Origin: Betaproteobacteria bacterium
GTDB lineage: Bacteria; Pseudomonadota; Gammaproteobacteria; Burkholderiales; Burkholderiaceae_C
DNA length: 64,000 nt
Assembly: GCA_031410435.1 (NCBI GenBank)
Contig: JANNZD010000281.1
Coordinates: 16,915-80,914 of the forward strand
Direction: 5' to 3'
In this document: positions 1 through 11,112 of the stretch, piece by piece
Layout of the letters: the number at the start of each line of letters is the position of its first letter
How positions within the stretch are numbered: the first letter of the stretch is position 1
Notes under the pieces: model-generated
The model's database searches: none
Seen by the model: the letters and a program-made list of their open reading frames with translations, nothing else
What the model was told of the DNA's origin: nothing
Program-made: the position numbers and the translations under genes

Positions 1-1
1 C

Positions 2-787
2 GGCATCACCGCCGAGACCTTCGGCAACTCGATCCTGGCGCAGTTTCCGGCCAAGCCGCGCCATGTCCGCCGCCCCTTCATCGACACGGTGGACAAGGCC
101 CTGACCGTGGTGGGCGAGATCAACCAGGTGGCCGCGGCCGAGGGCAAGCGGCCCATCGTCTTCATTACCCTGGTCAATGACGAGGTGCGCCAGGTGCTGA
201 CCACCAGCGACTGCGCCGGCCTGGTGCTGGACATGTTCAAGGCCTTTGTCGAGCCGCTCGAGCTGGAGTTCGAGGTCAAGAGCAACCACCGGGTCGGCCG
301 CTTCTCCGACGCGGCCAAGAGCAGTGAATACAACGAGCGCATCGAGGCGATCAATTTCTCGCTGGCCCATGATGACGGCCAGTCGGCGCGCAACCTGGCC
401 AGCGCCGATGTGATCCTGCTGGGCGTCAGCCGCAGCGGCAAGACACCCACCAGCCTGTACCTGGCGATGCAGCATGGCATCAAGGCGGCCAACTACCCGC
501 TGATCCCTGAAGACTTCGAGCGCCATCGCCTGCCGCCGGCGCTGATGCCCTACCTGGCCAAGTGCTTCGGCTTGACCATAGACCCCGAGCGCCTGGCCCA
601 GATCCGTAATGAGCGCCGCCCCGGCAGCAAATACGCCGCGCTCGAAAACTGCCGCTACGAAGTGCGCGAGGCCGAGTCGATGATGCGGCGCAACAGCGTG
701 GCCTGGCTGAGCTCTACCCACAAGTCGATCGAGGAAATCGCCACCACCATCCTGCGCGATATCCGGCCCGACCGGCTGATCTACTGA
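2..787 (+). CDS. ppsR: PEP synthase regulatory protein (kinase/pyrophosphorylase, DUF299), 5'-truncated by window edge
   Basis: Frame is open from base 2 (GITAETFGNSILAQF...); motifs HDDG, LLGVSRSGKTPTSLYLA, KAANYPL, SIEEIA typical of PpsR/YdiA. Confidence 0.92.
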   Translation, partial: GITAETFGNSILAQFPAKPRHVRRPFIDTVDKALTVVGEINQVAAAEGKRPIVFITLVNDEVRQVLTTSDCAGLVLDMFKAFVEPLELEFEVKSNHRVGRFSDAAKSSEYNERIEAINFSLAHDDGQSARNLASADVILLGVSRSGKTPTSLYLAMQHGIKAANYPLIPEDFERHRLPPALMPYLAKCFGLTIDPERLAQIRNERRPGSKYAALENCRYEVREAESMMRRNSVAWLSSTHKSIEEIATTILRDIRPDRLIY

Positions 788-1575
788 ACCTCGGCCGCCG
801 GCGCGCCATGCTGGCGCTGCGACTCATACAGGCAGATGGCCGCTGCTGCGGCGACGTTGAGCGATTCCTCGCCACCCGGTTGCGGGATGCGCAGCACCCG
901 GGCGCACTGTGCGCGCACCGCCGCCGAGATGCCTTGCCCCTCATGGCCCAGCACCCAGGCACAGGGGTTGGGCAGCGCGGCCTGGCCAAGCAACTGGTCG
1001 GTGTCCAGCGCCGTGCCCACCAGGGGCAACTGCAGCGCTGCCAGGTCGGCCACCAGCAAGCCCTCGACCAGGCGCAGGCCGAAATGCGCGCCCATACCGG
1101 CGCGCAGCACCTTGGGCGACCAGAGTGCCGCGGTGCCCTGCAGTGCCAGCACCTGGCCCACGCCCAATGCCGCAGCACTGCGCAGGATGCTGCCGACATT
1201 GCCGGCGTCCTGCACCCGGTCCAGCACCACCGTGGCCATCCGGGCCTGCACTGCCAGCGCCGGCGGCAGGTTGATCACATAAGCGATGCGGGCCGGCGAG
1301 CCCAGCACACTCAGGCCGTCGAACAATGCGTCGGGCACCCGCACCACGCGGTCGGCCCAGCCGGCCAGGTCGCGCAGGGCCGGCTGCTGCCAGGCGCTGT
1401 CGGCGACCACGGCCTGCGTCGGCTTCAGGCCACGCTGGCGCAGCGCCGACGCCAGGTGTTCGCCCTCCAGCCACACCGCGCCCAGCTTGCGGTAGGCGGC
1501 CGGGTCGCGCGACAGCTTGCGCAGCGTCACCAGCAGCGGGTTGTCACGCGAGCTGACGCTGACCGTCGCGGCCAT
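781..1575 (-). CDS. TrmH/SpoU family RNA methyltransferase
   Basis: ATG at 1575 overlaps rnhB stop (ATGA); motifs VLDRVQDAGNVGSILRSAAA, LGHEGQG, ESLNVAAAAAICLYE. The upstream in-frame extension in the ORF track is not homologous. Confidence 0.92.
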   Translation of the reverse strand: MAATVSVSSRDNPLLVTLRKLSRDPAAYRKLGAVWLEGEHLASALRQRGLKPTQAVVADSAWQQPALRDLAGWADRVVRVPDALFDGLSVLGSPARIAYVINLPPALAVQARMATVVLDRVQDAGNVGSILRSAAALGVGQVLALQGTAALWSPKVLRAGMGAHFGLRLVEGLLVADLAALQLPLVGTALDTDQLLGQAALPNPCAWVLGHEGQGISAAVRAQCARVLRIPQPGGEESLNVAAAAAICLYESQRQHGAPAAEVQ

Positions 1576-2213
1576 CAGCCCGCCGCCACGCCGGCGTCCA
1601 GCACCGCGCGCACCGGCGCATAGCTGCGGCGGTGGGCCAGGCAGGCGCCATGGGCCTGCAGCGCGGCCAGGTGCTCGGCCGTCGGGTAGCCCTTGTGCCT
1701 GGCAAAACCATAGTCCGGGTAGGCCGTGTGCAGGTCCAGGCAAAGCCGGTCCCGGTGCACCTTGGCCAGGATGGACGCCGCCGAGATCGCCGGCACCTTG
1801 ACATCGCCCTTGACAATGGCCACGGCCGACATCTTGAGCAGCGGCAGCCGGTTGCCGTCGACCAGCACCTGCTTGGGCAGCAGGCGCAGGCCGGCCACCG
1901 CGCGCTGCATCGCCAGCAGCGTGGCCTGCAGGATGTTCAGGCGGTCGATCTCTTCGACGCTGGCCTGGGCGATGCAGCAGGCCAGGGCCTTGGCGCGGAT
2001 CTCGTCGAACAGGCGCTCGCGCCGGCGTTCGGTCAGCGCCTTGGAATCCGCCAGACCGAGGATGGGCTTGAGCTCGTCGAGGATCACGGCGGCGGCCACC
2101 ACCGGGCCGGCCAGCGGGCCGCGGCCGGCCTCGTCGACGCCGGCCATCAGGCCCTTTCCTGACCAATGCAGGCCCAGCTGTTCACGCCAACTGGAGGACT
2201 TGCGCAATGGCAT
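1575..2213 (-). CDS. rnhB: Ribonuclease HII
   Basis: [43 protein letters not shown]; follows lpxB. Start chosen at ATG 2213. Confidence 0.96.
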   Translation of the reverse strand: MPLRKSSSWREQLGLHWSGKGLMAGVDEAGRGPLAGPVVAAAVILDELKPILGLADSKALTERRRERLFDEIRAKALACCIAQASVEEIDRLNILQATLLAMQRAVAGLRLLPKQVLVDGNRLPLLKMSAVAIVKGDVKVPAISAASILAKVHRDRLCLDLHTAYPDYGFARHKGYPTAEHLAALQAHGACLAHRRSYAPVRAVLDAGVAAG

Positions 2214-3330
2214 CGCTGGCCCTTTGCGCCGTGCCCTGGCGCAGTTGAAGGTGGAGATCGAGAAAGCGCCGCTGCAGCGCGGCCACACGGCGGGCATCGG
2301 CCAGCCAAGCCAGGCCCTCGCGGGCCAGTGCCTCAGGGGTGGCGGCGTCCTGGATCAGTTCGGGCACGACAAAAGACTGGCTGAGGATGTTGGGCAGACC
2401 GACCCAGGGCTGGTAGCCCATGCGCTGCATGCGCTGCCAGTTCAACCAGGCCACATGGTAGGTGATGACCATCGGCCGCTTGAACAGTGCCGCCTCCAGC
2501 GTGGCGGTGCCGCTGGCCACCAGCGTCACATCGCAGGCCGCCAGCGCCGCATGCGACTGACCGTCCAGCAAGGTGAGCGCCGTCGCGCCGGCATGCCGGG
2601 CCACCAGGGGCTCGAGCAGCGGCCGCAGACCGGGCACCACCGGCATGATGAAGCGCAGGCCCGGGCGCTGGCGCTGCATCAGCGCGGCCGCGGCCAGCAG
2701 GCGCGGCGCCAGGTGCAGGATCTCGCTGCGCCGGCTGCCCGGCAGCAAGGCCACCACGCAATCGTCATCGGCCAGACCCAGCGCGACACGCGCCGCAGCA
2801 CGCGGCGGCTCCAGCGCGATGGCATCGGCGATCGGGTGGCCGACAAAGGTGGCGGCGATGCCCTGGGCCTGCAGCAGCGCCGGCTCGAAGGGGAACAGGC
2901 ACAGCACATGGTCGGCCGCAGCTGCCAGCTTGTGCACCCGCTCGCGCCGCCAGGCCCAGATCGACGGGCAGACGAAGTGAATGGTCTTGAGCCCGGCCTG
3001 CTTGAGCCGGGTCTCCAGGCCGAAATTGAAATCGGGCGCGTCGATGCCGATGAAGGCCGCCGGCCTTTCGCGCAACAGCCGGTCGCCCAGTTGGCGGCGG
3101 ATGCGCAGCAATTCGGGCAGGCGCGCCAGCGCATCGACATAGCCGAACACCGACAGGCGCTCGTGCGGCCACCAGGCCGCCAAGCCCTGGGCGGCCATCT
3201 TCGGGCCGCCGATGCCGGCCGTCTGCAGGCCCGGCCAGCGCTGGTGCAAGCCTTGCAGCAGCAGGCCACCCAACAGGTCACCGGAGGCTTCGCCGGCGAC
3301 CAAGCCCAGCCGCAGCGATTCAATGGTCAT
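2182..3330 (-). CDS. lpxB: Lipid-A-disaccharide synthase
   Basis: [49 protein letters not shown]. Confidence 0.96.
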   Translation of the reverse strand: MTIESLRLGLVAGEASGDLLGGLLLQGLHQRWPGLQTAGIGGPKMAAQGLAAWWPHERLSVFGYVDALARLPELLRIRRQLGDRLLRERPAAFIGIDAPDFNFGLETRLKQAGLKTIHFVCPSIWAWRRERVHKLAAAADHVLCLFPFEPALLQAQGIAATFVGHPIADAIALEPPRAAARVALGLADDDCVVALLPGSRRSEILHLAPRLLAAAALMQRQRPGLRFIMPVVPGLRPLLEPLVARHAGATALTLLDGQSHAALAACDVTLVASGTATLEAALFKRPMVITYHVAWLNWQRMQRMGYQPWVGLPNILSQSFVVPELIQDAATPEALAREGLAWLADARRVAALQRRFLDLHLQLRQGTAQRASDAIAQVLQLA

Positions 3331-3337
3331 CGCAAGG

Positions 3338-4126
3338 TCAGCGCACGATGCCGCGCTCGGCCAGCGCCAAAAAGTCGAGCATCAGCGCGATGTCGGCTTC
3401 GCTGCCATCCAGCCGGCCCCGCAGCGCCTCGATGGCGCTGATGCCGGCGGCCAGCGTGAGGCCCTGGCGGTAGAGCAGCTTGTGCATCTGCTTGACCTGG
3501 GCGATGCGCTCGGGTGTGAAGCCGCGGCGGCGCAGGCCTTCGGCGTTGATGCCGGTAGCACCGGCGGGGTTGCCAGCCGCAGTGACATAAGGCGGCAGGT
3601 CCTGCGACAGGCGGGTTTGAAAACCGGTCATCGCGTGGGCGCCGACGCGCACGAACTGGTGCACCCCCGACAGGCCGCCCAGAAACGCCCAGTCACCCAG
3701 GTGCACATGGCCACCGAGCTGGGTGGCGTTGGCAATGATGGTGTGGCTGCCCACCTGGCAATCGTGCGCGATGTGCACATAGGCCATGATCCAGTTGTCG
3801 TCGCCCACGGCGGTGAGGCCACCGTCCTGCAGCGTGCCAGTGTTGATGGTGACGAACTCGCGTATGGTATTGCCGTCGCCGATGCGCAGGCGCGTGGGCT
3901 CGCCGGCGTACTTCTTGTCCTGCGGCGCGGCGCCGATGCTGGCGAACTGGAAGACGCGGTTGTCACGGCCGATGGTGGTGTGGCCTTCGACCACGCAATG
4001 CGCGCCGATGCGGCTGCCCTGGCCGATGACCACCTGCGGCCCGATCACGGCATAGGGGCCGACGACCACATCGGCGGCCAGTTCGGCCTGGCTGTCGACC
4101 AGCGCGGTGGTGTGGATTTGGCTCAT
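3338..4126 (-). CDS. lpxA: UDP-N-acetylglucosamine acyltransferase
   Basis: Hexapeptide repeats; [26 protein letters not shown]. Start at ATG 4126 (MSQIH). Confidence 0.96.
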   Translation of the reverse strand: MSQIHTTALVDSQAELAADVVVGPYAVIGPQVVIGQGSRIGAHCVVEGHTTIGRDNRVFQFASIGAAPQDKKYAGEPTRLRIGDGNTIREFVTINTGTLQDGGLTAVGDDNWIMAYVHIAHDCQVGSHTIIANATQLGGHVHLGDWAFLGGLSGVHQFVRVGAHAMTGFQTRLSQDLPPYVTAAGNPAGATGINAEGLRRRGFTPERIAQVKQMHKLLYRQGLTLAAGISAIEALRGRLDGSEADIALMLDFLALAERGIVR

Positions 4127-4143
4127 GCCCAGGGCTCCGGAAT

Positions 4144-4596
4144 TCAGGCGACCTTGCGCATCGTGCACATCAACTCGGCCTCGGCAGCGGTCTCACCGTT
4201 CACGCTGGCCCGGGTCTTGTACTTGTAGATGCCGGCCTTGGCACGCTCGAGCGTGACATCCAGGATCAGCTGATCACCGGGTTCGACCACCCGCTTGAAG
4301 CGCGCCGCGTCGATGCCGACGAAGTACACCACCGTGTTCTCGTCGGGCAGCTCGCCCATCGACTCGAAGGACAGCAGCGCAGCGGTCTGGGCCAGGGCCT
4401 CGAGCATCAACACCCCCGGCATCACCGGCCGGTGCGGAAAGTGGCCCATGAAGTAGGGCTCGTTGATGGTGACGTTCTTCAGCGCCTTGATGCGCTTGTC
4501 CTTCTCGAACTCGATCACCCGGTCCACCAGCAGGATGGGGTAGCGGTGCGGCAGCAGCTTGAGGATGCGGTGGATGTCGAGCACAGGGGCGGTCAT
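4144..4596 (-). CDS. fabZ: 3-hydroxyacyl-ACP dehydratase
   Basis: [33 protein letters not shown]. Confidence 0.97.
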   Translation of the reverse strand: MTAPVLDIHRILKLLPHRYPILLVDRVIEFEKDKRIKALKNVTINEPYFMGHFPHRPVMPGVLMLEALAQTAALLSFESMGELPDENTVVYFVGIDAARFKRVVEPGDQLILDVTLERAKAGIYKYKTRASVNGETAAEAELMCTMRKVA

Positions 4597-5651
4597 GGTT
4601 GTTTCTTCTCCAGCGCGCGCAGGCGCTCGCGCAGGCTGTAGAGCTGGCGCAGCGTGGCGGCGTTCTTTTCCCAGCTGGCATTGTCATCGAAGGGAAACAG
4701 GCCGCTGTACTGCCCCGGCTTGAGGATGGAGCGCGTCACCACGGTAGCGGCCGTGATGTGCACATGGTCGACCAGCTCGAGATGGCCCAGGATGATCGCG
4801 CCGCCCCCGGCGGTGCAGTGCCGGCCGATCTTGGCCGAGCCGGCGATGCCGACGCAGCCGGCCATCGCGCTGTGCGCGCCGATGCGCACGTTGTGGCCGA
4901 CCTGGATCAGGTTGTCGAGCTTGACGCCCTCGTCGATCACCGTGTCGGCCAGCGCGCCCCGGTCGATGCAGGTGTTGGCACCGATCTCGACATCGTCGCC
5001 TATGCATACCGCGCCCAGCTGCTCGATCTTGATCCACTGCGCGGCGTCGCCCCGGCCGTCGGGCGCGAAGCCGAAGCCGTCGGCACCAATCACCACGCCC
5101 GAATGAACGATGGCGCGCTGGCCCAAGACGCAGGCCTCGCCCAAGGTGACCCGCGCGGCCAGGCGCGCACCGGCGCCGACCCGGGCATCGGCACCGATAT
5201 GGCCATGGCTGCCGATCACGGCACCAGCGCCCACCTGTGCGCCCGCGCCGACATAGCAGAGCGGGCCGACAGACGCGCTGGCATGCAGCAAGGCGCCGGG
5301 CTCGATCACCGCACTGGGGTGCACGCCGGCGGCCGGCGCGCGCCGCTGGCGCGCCGCCCACCATTGGCTGAGCCGCGCAAAATACAGGTAAGGGTCGGGC
5401 GTGACGATGGCCGCGCCGCGGGCGCAAGCCAGCTCGCGCAGGTCTGGCGCCACGATCACGCAGGCTGCCGCAGTGCTGCCCAGCTGGGCCGCGTAACGCG
5501 GGTTGGCCATGAAGCTCAGGCTGCTGGCGTCGGCGGATTCAAGCGGCGCCAGGCGGGCGATGGGCAGATCGCCGTCGCCGCACAACTCACCGGCCACCAC
5601 CCCTTCCAGGGCGGCGACCAGATCAGCCAACCGCACCGGCCGGAGCGGCAT
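4593..5651 (-). CDS. lpxD: UDP-3-O-(3-hydroxymyristoyl)glucosamine N-acyltransferase
   Basis: Hexapeptide repeats; [33 protein letters not shown]. Confidence 0.96.
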   Translation of the reverse strand: MPLRPVRLADLVAALEGVVAGELCGDGDLPIARLAPLESADASSLSFMANPRYAAQLGSTAAACVIVAPDLRELACARGAAIVTPDPYLYFARLSQWWAARQRRAPAAGVHPSAVIEPGALLHASASVGPLCYVGAGAQVGAGAVIGSHGHIGADARVGAGARLAARVTLGEACVLGQRAIVHSGVVIGADGFGFAPDGRGDAAQWIKIEQLGAVCIGDDVEIGANTCIDRGALADTVIDEGVKLDNLIQVGHNVRIGAHSAMAGCVGIAGSAKIGRHCTAGGGAIILGHLELVDHVHITAATVVTRSILKPGQYSGLFPFDDNASWEKNAATLRQLYSLRERLRALEKKQP

Positions 5652-5664
5652 GGCGGGCGCTCGC

Positions 5665-6222
5665 CTATTTGCCGGCAGGCGCGGCGTTGAGGGCCTTGAT
5701 CACCTTTTCGGTGATGTCAACCTTGGCGCTGGCAAACACCACGTCCTGCAGGATCAGGTCGTATTTCTCGCCTTCGAAGATCTGCTTGATCACGCGGTTG
5801 GCACGCTCGACGATGCCGGCGGTCTCCTCGTTGCGGCGCTGGTTCAGGTCTTCCTGGAACTCCCTGCGCTTGCGCTGCAGGTCGCGGTCTTGTTCCACCA
5901 GGTCGCGCTGGCGGCGGTTTCGCTCGGCCTCGGGCAGCGTGGGCGCGTCCTTTTCGAGCTTGTCAGCAGCCCCTTTAAGCTTGGCGGCCTGGTCGTTGAG
6001 GTCTTTGTCGCGCTTGCTGAAATCGGCCTCCATGCGGGCCAGCGCCGCTTTGGCAGGCACGGCCTCGCGCAGTACACGCTCGCTGTTGACATAGCCAATC
6101 TTGAGTTCCTGCGCTTGCGCAGCAGCCGTGACCAAGGTGGCCAAGGCCAGCAATGCCCCCGCTGCCTTGCCAGCCGCGCTGCGGCGCACATCGGCCACCG
6201 CAGTGAATGTCGTCTTGATCAT
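5665..6222 (-). CDS. skp: OmpH/Skp periplasmic chaperone
   Basis: Signal peptide, then [11 protein letters not shown], coiled coil, [16 protein letters not shown]; lies between bamA and lpxD. Confidence 0.93.
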   Translation of the reverse strand: MIKTTFTAVADVRRSAAGKAAGALLALATLVTAAAQAQELKIGYVNSERVLREAVPAKAALARMEADFSKRDKDLNDQAAKLKGAADKLEKDAPTLPEAERNRRQRDLVEQDRDLQRKRREFQEDLNQRRNEETAGIVERANRVIKQIFEGEKYDLILQDVVFASAKVDITEKVIKALNAAPAGK

Positions 6223-8525
6223 CAGAACGCGGTCCCGATCTGGAATTGGAAACGTTGAATTCTATCCGTCGGCAGCTTCTTCAGCGGCGAACCCCAACTC
6301 ATCTTCAAGGGCCCGACCGGTGAGATCCAGGACAGCCCCAGGCCGGCCGACGAGCGCAGGCTGGCAGCGGTGATCGGCTCGCCGTCGCGCCACACATTGC
6401 CGGCATCGGCAAACGCAAAGATACGCAGCGATTTGTCATTGCCGGTACCCGGCACCGGCAAGTAGAGCTCGGCATTGAGGTTGATCTTCTTGGCCCCGCC
6501 CACATAGGCGCCGGTGGGGTCAATCACGCCGAGCGAGTTCTGCTCGAACACCCGCACCGAACCCAGGCCGCCGCCATAGAAGTTCTTGAACACCGGGTAA
6601 GGCCGGCCGCCCTGCCCGGCACCCCAGCCGACTTCGCCGTTCAGGCCCAGGGTGATCTTGTTCCAGATCGGGAAGAACTGCTGGTATTGCAGATTGGTGC
6701 GCAGGAAGCGCACATCACCCGCCACGCTCCATTCGACATTGGCGCGCTGGTAGCGGCCGGCGGTGGGTGAGATCGCGCTGTCGCGCTGGTCGCGTGACCA
6801 GCCCAGGGTCAGGGGCACCGCGGTGGACACCGGCCCGTAACGGAAGCGGTAGTCGAAATACTGGTTCGGGATGCCGGTGGAGGTGCCGATATTGGTCTGC
6901 TCCACACCGATGCCGAAGAAGACCGTGTCGTACTCGGAGAAGGGCACGCCAAAACGGATCGCGCCGCCCGGATTGGTGATCTGGTACTGGTCGCCCAGGC
7001 TGTTGTAGGGCCGTGAGGTGCGGTAGTACAGATCAATGGCGCGCGAAATGCCGTCCACCGTGAAGTAGGGGTCGACCGTGGAAAAAACCAGGCTGCGCGA
7101 CAGCCGGCTGGTGTTGACCTCGAAGCCCAGGTAGTTGCCCGACCCAAACACATTGTCCTGGCGCACCGAGGCAGACAGCGCCAGCCGGTCGGCGCTGGAA
7201 AAGCTCAGACCCAGCGACAGGTTGCCGGTGGGCTTCTCGGTCACCGCCACCGCCAGATCGACCTGGTCGGCGGTGCCGGGCACCTCGTTGGTCTCGACGT
7301 TCACGTCCTTGAAATAGCCCAGCCGATCCACCCGCTCGCGCGACAGCTTGATGCGTTCACCGTCATACCAGGAGGACTCGAGCTGGCGGAACTCGCGGCG
7401 CACCACTTCGTCGCGGGTGCGGGTGTTGCCACCCACCTCGATCTTGCGCACATACACCCGCCGCTGTGGCTCGGCCGCCAGCACGATGGCAACCTGGCCG
7501 GTTTCGCGGTCGACCTCGGTGCGCGCATCGACCCGCGCGAAGGCATAGCCATAGGTGCCGAAGCGGTCGGTGAAGGCCTTGGTGGTGGCCGTGACCGCGG
7601 CAGCCCGGTAAGGCTCGCCGGGCTTGATGCCGATGAGCTGCTTGTACTCGTCTTCTTTGCCCAGGTAGTCGCCCACCAGGCGCACCGCGGTGACGGTGTA
7701 GGGCTGGCCTTCCTTGATGGTCAAGGTGATCGAGATGTCCTGCTTGTCCGGCGAGATCGTGACCTGGGCCGATTCAATGTTGAACTCGAGGTAGCCGCGG
7801 TTCAGGTAGTAGGCCCGCAGGGTATCCAGGTCGGCATTCAGCTTGGACCGCGAATAGCGATCATTCTTGGTGTACCAGGTCAGCCAGCCGCTGGTGGTCA
7901 GGTCCATCAGGCCGGTGAGCGTGCTTTCCGAGAAGACCTTGGCGCCGACGATGCGGATCTCGCGGATCTTGGCCGCATCGCCCTCGCTCATCGTGAAGCT
8001 GACATTGACCCGATTGCGCTCGGTCGGCGTGATGGTGGTCACCACCTCGGCGCCGTACAGGCTGCGCGACAGGTACTGGCGCTTGATCTCCTGCTCGGCA
8101 CGGTCGACCAGCGCACGGTCGAAGGGCAGGCCTTCGCCAATGCCGGCATCCTTCAGCGACTTGACCAGGGTGTCTTTGTCGAACTCCTTCAGGCCGACAA
8201 AGGTGACCGTCTCGATGACCGGGCGTTCCTCGACCACCACCACCACCACGCTGCCGTCGATCTCGATGCGCACATCCTTGAACAACCCGGTGCCGAACAA
8301 GGCGCGCAACGCAGCGGCAGCCTTTTCGTCAGTGTAGGTGTCGCCTACGCGGAAGGGCACGGCCGCAAAGACCGTGCCGGGATCGGTGCGTTGCAGCCCC
8401 TCGACCCGGATGTCCTGCAATACAAAGGGTTCGACGGCATGTGCGGCTGGCACCGCGAGTGCGGCAGCCAGGGCGACCACGGCCACGGCCGGGCGATCAA
8501 ATCGGACAGCGGAGAAGGGGGGCAT
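6222..8525 (-). CDS. bamA: Outer membrane protein assembly factor BamA
   Basis: POTRA domains (DIRVEGLQR, GNTRTRDEVVRRE), GGLGSVRVF loop, C-terminal QFQIGTAF. Start inferred at ATG 8525, just after rseP. Confidence 0.96.
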   Translation of the reverse strand: MPPFSAVRFDRPAVAVVALAAALAVPAAHAVEPFVLQDIRVEGLQRTDPGTVFAAVPFRVGDTYTDEKAAAALRALFGTGLFKDVRIEIDGSVVVVVVEERPVIETVTFVGLKEFDKDTLVKSLKDAGIGEGLPFDRALVDRAEQEIKRQYLSRSLYGAEVVTTITPTERNRVNVSFTMSEGDAAKIREIRIVGAKVFSESTLTGLMDLTTSGWLTWYTKNDRYSRSKLNADLDTLRAYYLNRGYLEFNIESAQVTISPDKQDISITLTIKEGQPYTVTAVRLVGDYLGKEDEYKQLIGIKPGEPYRAAAVTATTKAFTDRFGTYGYAFARVDARTEVDRETGQVAIVLAAEPQRRVYVRKIEVGGNTRTRDEVVRREFRQLESSWYDGERIKLSRERVDRLGYFKDVNVETNEVPGTADQVDLAVAVTEKPTGNLSLGLSFSSADRLALSASVRQDNVFGSGNYLGFEVNTSRLSRSLVFSTVDPYFTVDGISRAIDLYYRTSRPYNSLGDQYQITNPGGAIRFGVPFSEYDTVFFGIGVEQTNIGTSTGIPNQYFDYRFRYGPVSTAVPLTLGWSRDQRDSAISPTAGRYQRANVEWSVAGDVRFLRTNLQYQQFFPIWNKITLGLNGEVGWGAGQGGRPYPVFKNFYGGGLGSVRVFEQNSLGVIDPTGAYVGGAKKINLNAELYLPVPGTGNDKSLRIFAFADAGNVWRDGEPITAASLRSSAGLGLSWISPVGPLKMSWGSPLKKLPTDRIQRFQFQIGTAF

Positions 8526-8533
8526 CAGTGAAT

Positions 8534-9904
8534 TCAGTGCTGGCCCAGCAGGCGGGCGACGTCGTTGAAGAGGGCTACCGACATCATCAGCAGCAAGACT
8601 GCGATGCCACCGCGCTGCAAGCGCGCGAGCCACAGATCGGAGACCGGGCGGCCGGTCAGCCCCTCGAAAAGATAATACATCAGGTGCCCACCGTCGAGGA
8701 TGGGCAGCGGCAGCAGGTTCAGCACCCCCAGGCTGACGCTCACCAAGGCCAGAAAGCCCAGGTAATAGGCCATGCCCTGCTGCACCGATTGGCCGGCCAC
8801 ATCGGCAATCGTCAGCGGACCGCTGAGGTTGCGCAAGGACGCCTGCCCCACCAACATCCGGCCCAGCATGCGCACCGTCAGGGCCGAGACATCCCAGGTG
8901 CGCGCGGCACCCTGGGTCAGGCCCTCCAGCGCCCCGAGCTGCACCTTGACCAGTGCCGGTGGCTTGCCGACAAAGGCATCGATGCGCCCGACCGAGCGGT
9001 CAGCCTCGCGCACCATACGCGGCGTGATCACGACTTCGAGCAGGCGGTCTCCGCGCTCGACCTGCCAGGCCATGGCCACCGCCTTGCCATCGCGCACGGC
9101 CGCGCGTATGCGCTCGCGCAGCGCCTGTGCATCGCTGATGCCCAGACCATCCACCTTGAGCACCCGGTCGCCGCTGCGCAGGCCGGCCAGCGCGGCCGGG
9201 CCGGCGGCCTTGACCTCCCCCAGCACCGGCTCACTGAAGGCACCGCCCAGCCCGATGCGCTTGGCCACCGAGGCGTCCATCTCCTGCACGCCCAGCTCGT
9301 CCAGCCCCAGCCGCACCTGGCGCGGGCCGCGCCCCTGGGCGTCACTGAGCTGCAAGGTCAGGGCCTGGCCGTCCAGCAGATGCCGGGTCATCTGCCAGCG
9401 CAAATCGCTGAGCGAACGCACCGGCACCCATTGGCCCTCGTTGTCCTGCCATTGCTGCACCCAGTCGCCGGCGCGCAGGCCAGCGCGCTCGGCCAGGCTG
9501 CCAGCCAGGGGCGCGTTCAGGACCGCCTTGGGCTCCTCGACCCCGATCCAATGCGCAGCCGCATACAGCAACACGGCCAGCAGCAGATTGGCCGCCGGCC
9601 CGGCAGCCACCACAGCGGCGCGTTGCAGCAGGGGCTTGCGGTTGAAGGCCTGGTCCAGCTCGGCCGGCGCCACTGGCCCCTCGCGTTCGTCCAGCATGCG
9701 CACATAGCCGCCCAGCGGCAGCGCCGACAGCACGAATTCGGTATGCGCCGGCGACTTCTGGTAGCGCCAGATGACGCGCCCGAAGCCGATCGAGAAACGC
9801 AAGACCTTGACCCCACAGGCCACCGCCACCCGGTAGTGTCCATACTCATGGACGATGATCAGCACCGCCAAGGTCAGAATGAATGCCAGCACCGTGGTGA
9901 TCAT
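8534..9904 (-). CDS. rseP: RIP metalloprotease RseP
   Basis: HEYGH zinc motif, GGYVRM, PDZ domains, NLLPLPILDGGHL. Confidence 0.96.
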   Translation of the reverse strand: MITTVLAFILTLAVLIIVHEYGHYRVAVACGVKVLRFSIGFGRVIWRYQKSPAHTEFVLSALPLGGYVRMLDEREGPVAPAELDQAFNRKPLLQRAAVVAAGPAANLLLAVLLYAAAHWIGVEEPKAVLNAPLAGSLAERAGLRAGDWVQQWQDNEGQWVPVRSLSDLRWQMTRHLLDGQALTLQLSDAQGRGPRQVRLGLDELGVQEMDASVAKRIGLGGAFSEPVLGEVKAAGPAALAGLRSGDRVLKVDGLGISDAQALRERIRAAVRDGKAVAMAWQVERGDRLLEVVITPRMVREADRSVGRIDAFVGKPPALVKVQLGALEGLTQGAARTWDVSALTVRMLGRMLVGQASLRNLSGPLTIADVAGQSVQQGMAYYLGFLALVSVSLGVLNLLPLPILDGGHLMYYLFEGLTGRPVSDLWLARLQRGGIAVLLLMMSVALFNDVARLLGQH

Positions 9905-11112
9905 CGTGCACGCTCCAACACAGCGGTTTCAGCAAACAGGCGGGCGCGCGCATCGAGCGCCAGCAGATCGTCCAGGCTGGCCGCGTCGGCGGCGCCAGGC
10001 AGCACCCCGGCCACGCACTGCGCATTGATGCGGTGGATGTCGGTAAAGCGCAGCCGGCCGGCCAGAAAGGCGGCCACTGCCACCTCGTTGGCCGCATTCA
10101 GCACCGTGGTGCTGCCCTCGGCGCCACGCAAGGCCTGGTAGGCCAGGCCCAGGCCTGGAAAGCGGGTGTCGTCGGCGGGCTCGAATGTCAAAGCCTTGAG
10201 CGCCAGAAAATCGAGCGCCTCGGCGCCTGAGGCCTCGCGCCCGGGCCAGGCCAGGCCCACGCTGATCGGCACCTTCATGTCGGGCGTGCCCAGTTGCGCC
10301 AGCACACTGTGGTCACGGCAGACCACCATCGAATGGATGATGCTCTGCGGGTGCAGGACCACGCGGATCTGCTCGGGCGCCAGGTCGAACAACCAGCGGG
10401 CCTCGATCACCTCGAGTGCCTTGTTCATCATCGTGGCCGAATCGACCGAGATCTTGCGGCCCATCACCCAATTGGGATGGGCGCAGGCCTCGTCGGGCGT
10501 GACCTGCGCCAGAGTGGCCAGAGCGCGCGTGCGGAAGGGCCCGCCCGACGCGGTGAGCACGATATGGGCGATGCGCTCAGGCCAGGTGGACCGGTCTTCG
10601 GGCAGGCACTGGAAGATGGCGGAATGCTCGCTGTCGATGGGCAGCAACAGGGCGCCGCCCTGACGCACTGCGTCCATGAACAGACGCCCGCCCACCACCA
10701 GCGCCTCCTTGTTGGCCAACATCAGGCGCTTGCCCGCCAACGCGGCGGCGATGCAGGGCCGCAGACCCGCCGCGCCGACGATGGCGGCCATCACGCTGTC
10801 GGCATCCGGGTGCGAGGCCATGTCGCACAGCGCCTGCTCGCCGTGCAGCACCTCGGTGCGCAGGCCGGCCCCCGACAGATCGGCACCCAGCGCGCGGGCC
10901 TGCTCGGCATCCGCCACCACCGCAAAGCGCGGTTGCCAGCGGCGGCACAACAAGGCCAGTTCAGCGATGCGCTGGTGGGCGGTCAGCGCAAACACCTGGT
11001 AGCGCTCGGGATGCAGGGCCATCACGTCAAGCGTGCTCGATCCCACCGACCCGGTGGCGCCCAGGATGCAGACGCGTTGAACCATGGGGCTGCTGGGCGA
11101 CGGATGCATCAC
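9901..11112 (-). CDS. dxr: 1-deoxy-D-xylulose-5-phosphate reductoisomerase
   Basis: ILGATGSVG, LANKEALV, PIDSEHSAIFQ, HPNWVMGRKISVDSATMMNK. Exact start uncertain. Confidence 0.96.
   Translation of the reverse strand: MMHPSPSSPMVQRVCILGATGSVGSSTLDVMALHPERYQVFALTAHQRIAELALLCRRWQPRFAVVADAEQARALGADLSGAGLRTEVLHGEQALCDMASHPDADSVMAAIVGAAGLRPCIAAALAGKRLMLANKEALVVGGRLFMDAVRQGGALLLPIDSEHSAIFQCLPEDRSTWPERIAHIVLTASGGPFRTRALATLAQVTPDEACAHPNWVMGRKISVDSATMMNKALEVIEARWLFDLAPEQIRVVLHPQSIIHSMVVCRDHSVLAQLGTPDMKVPISVGLAWPGREASGAEALDFLALKALTFEPADDTRFPGLGLAYQALRGAEGSTTVLNAANEVAVAAFLAGRLRFTDIHRINAQCVAGVLPGAADAASLDDLLALDARARLFAETAVLERAR

Noticed and set aside
1576-2166. In-frame upstream extension of the TrmH methyltransferase
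   Set aside because: It overlaps rnhB in another frame and is low-complexity; the ATGA coupling at 1575 gives the natural start.
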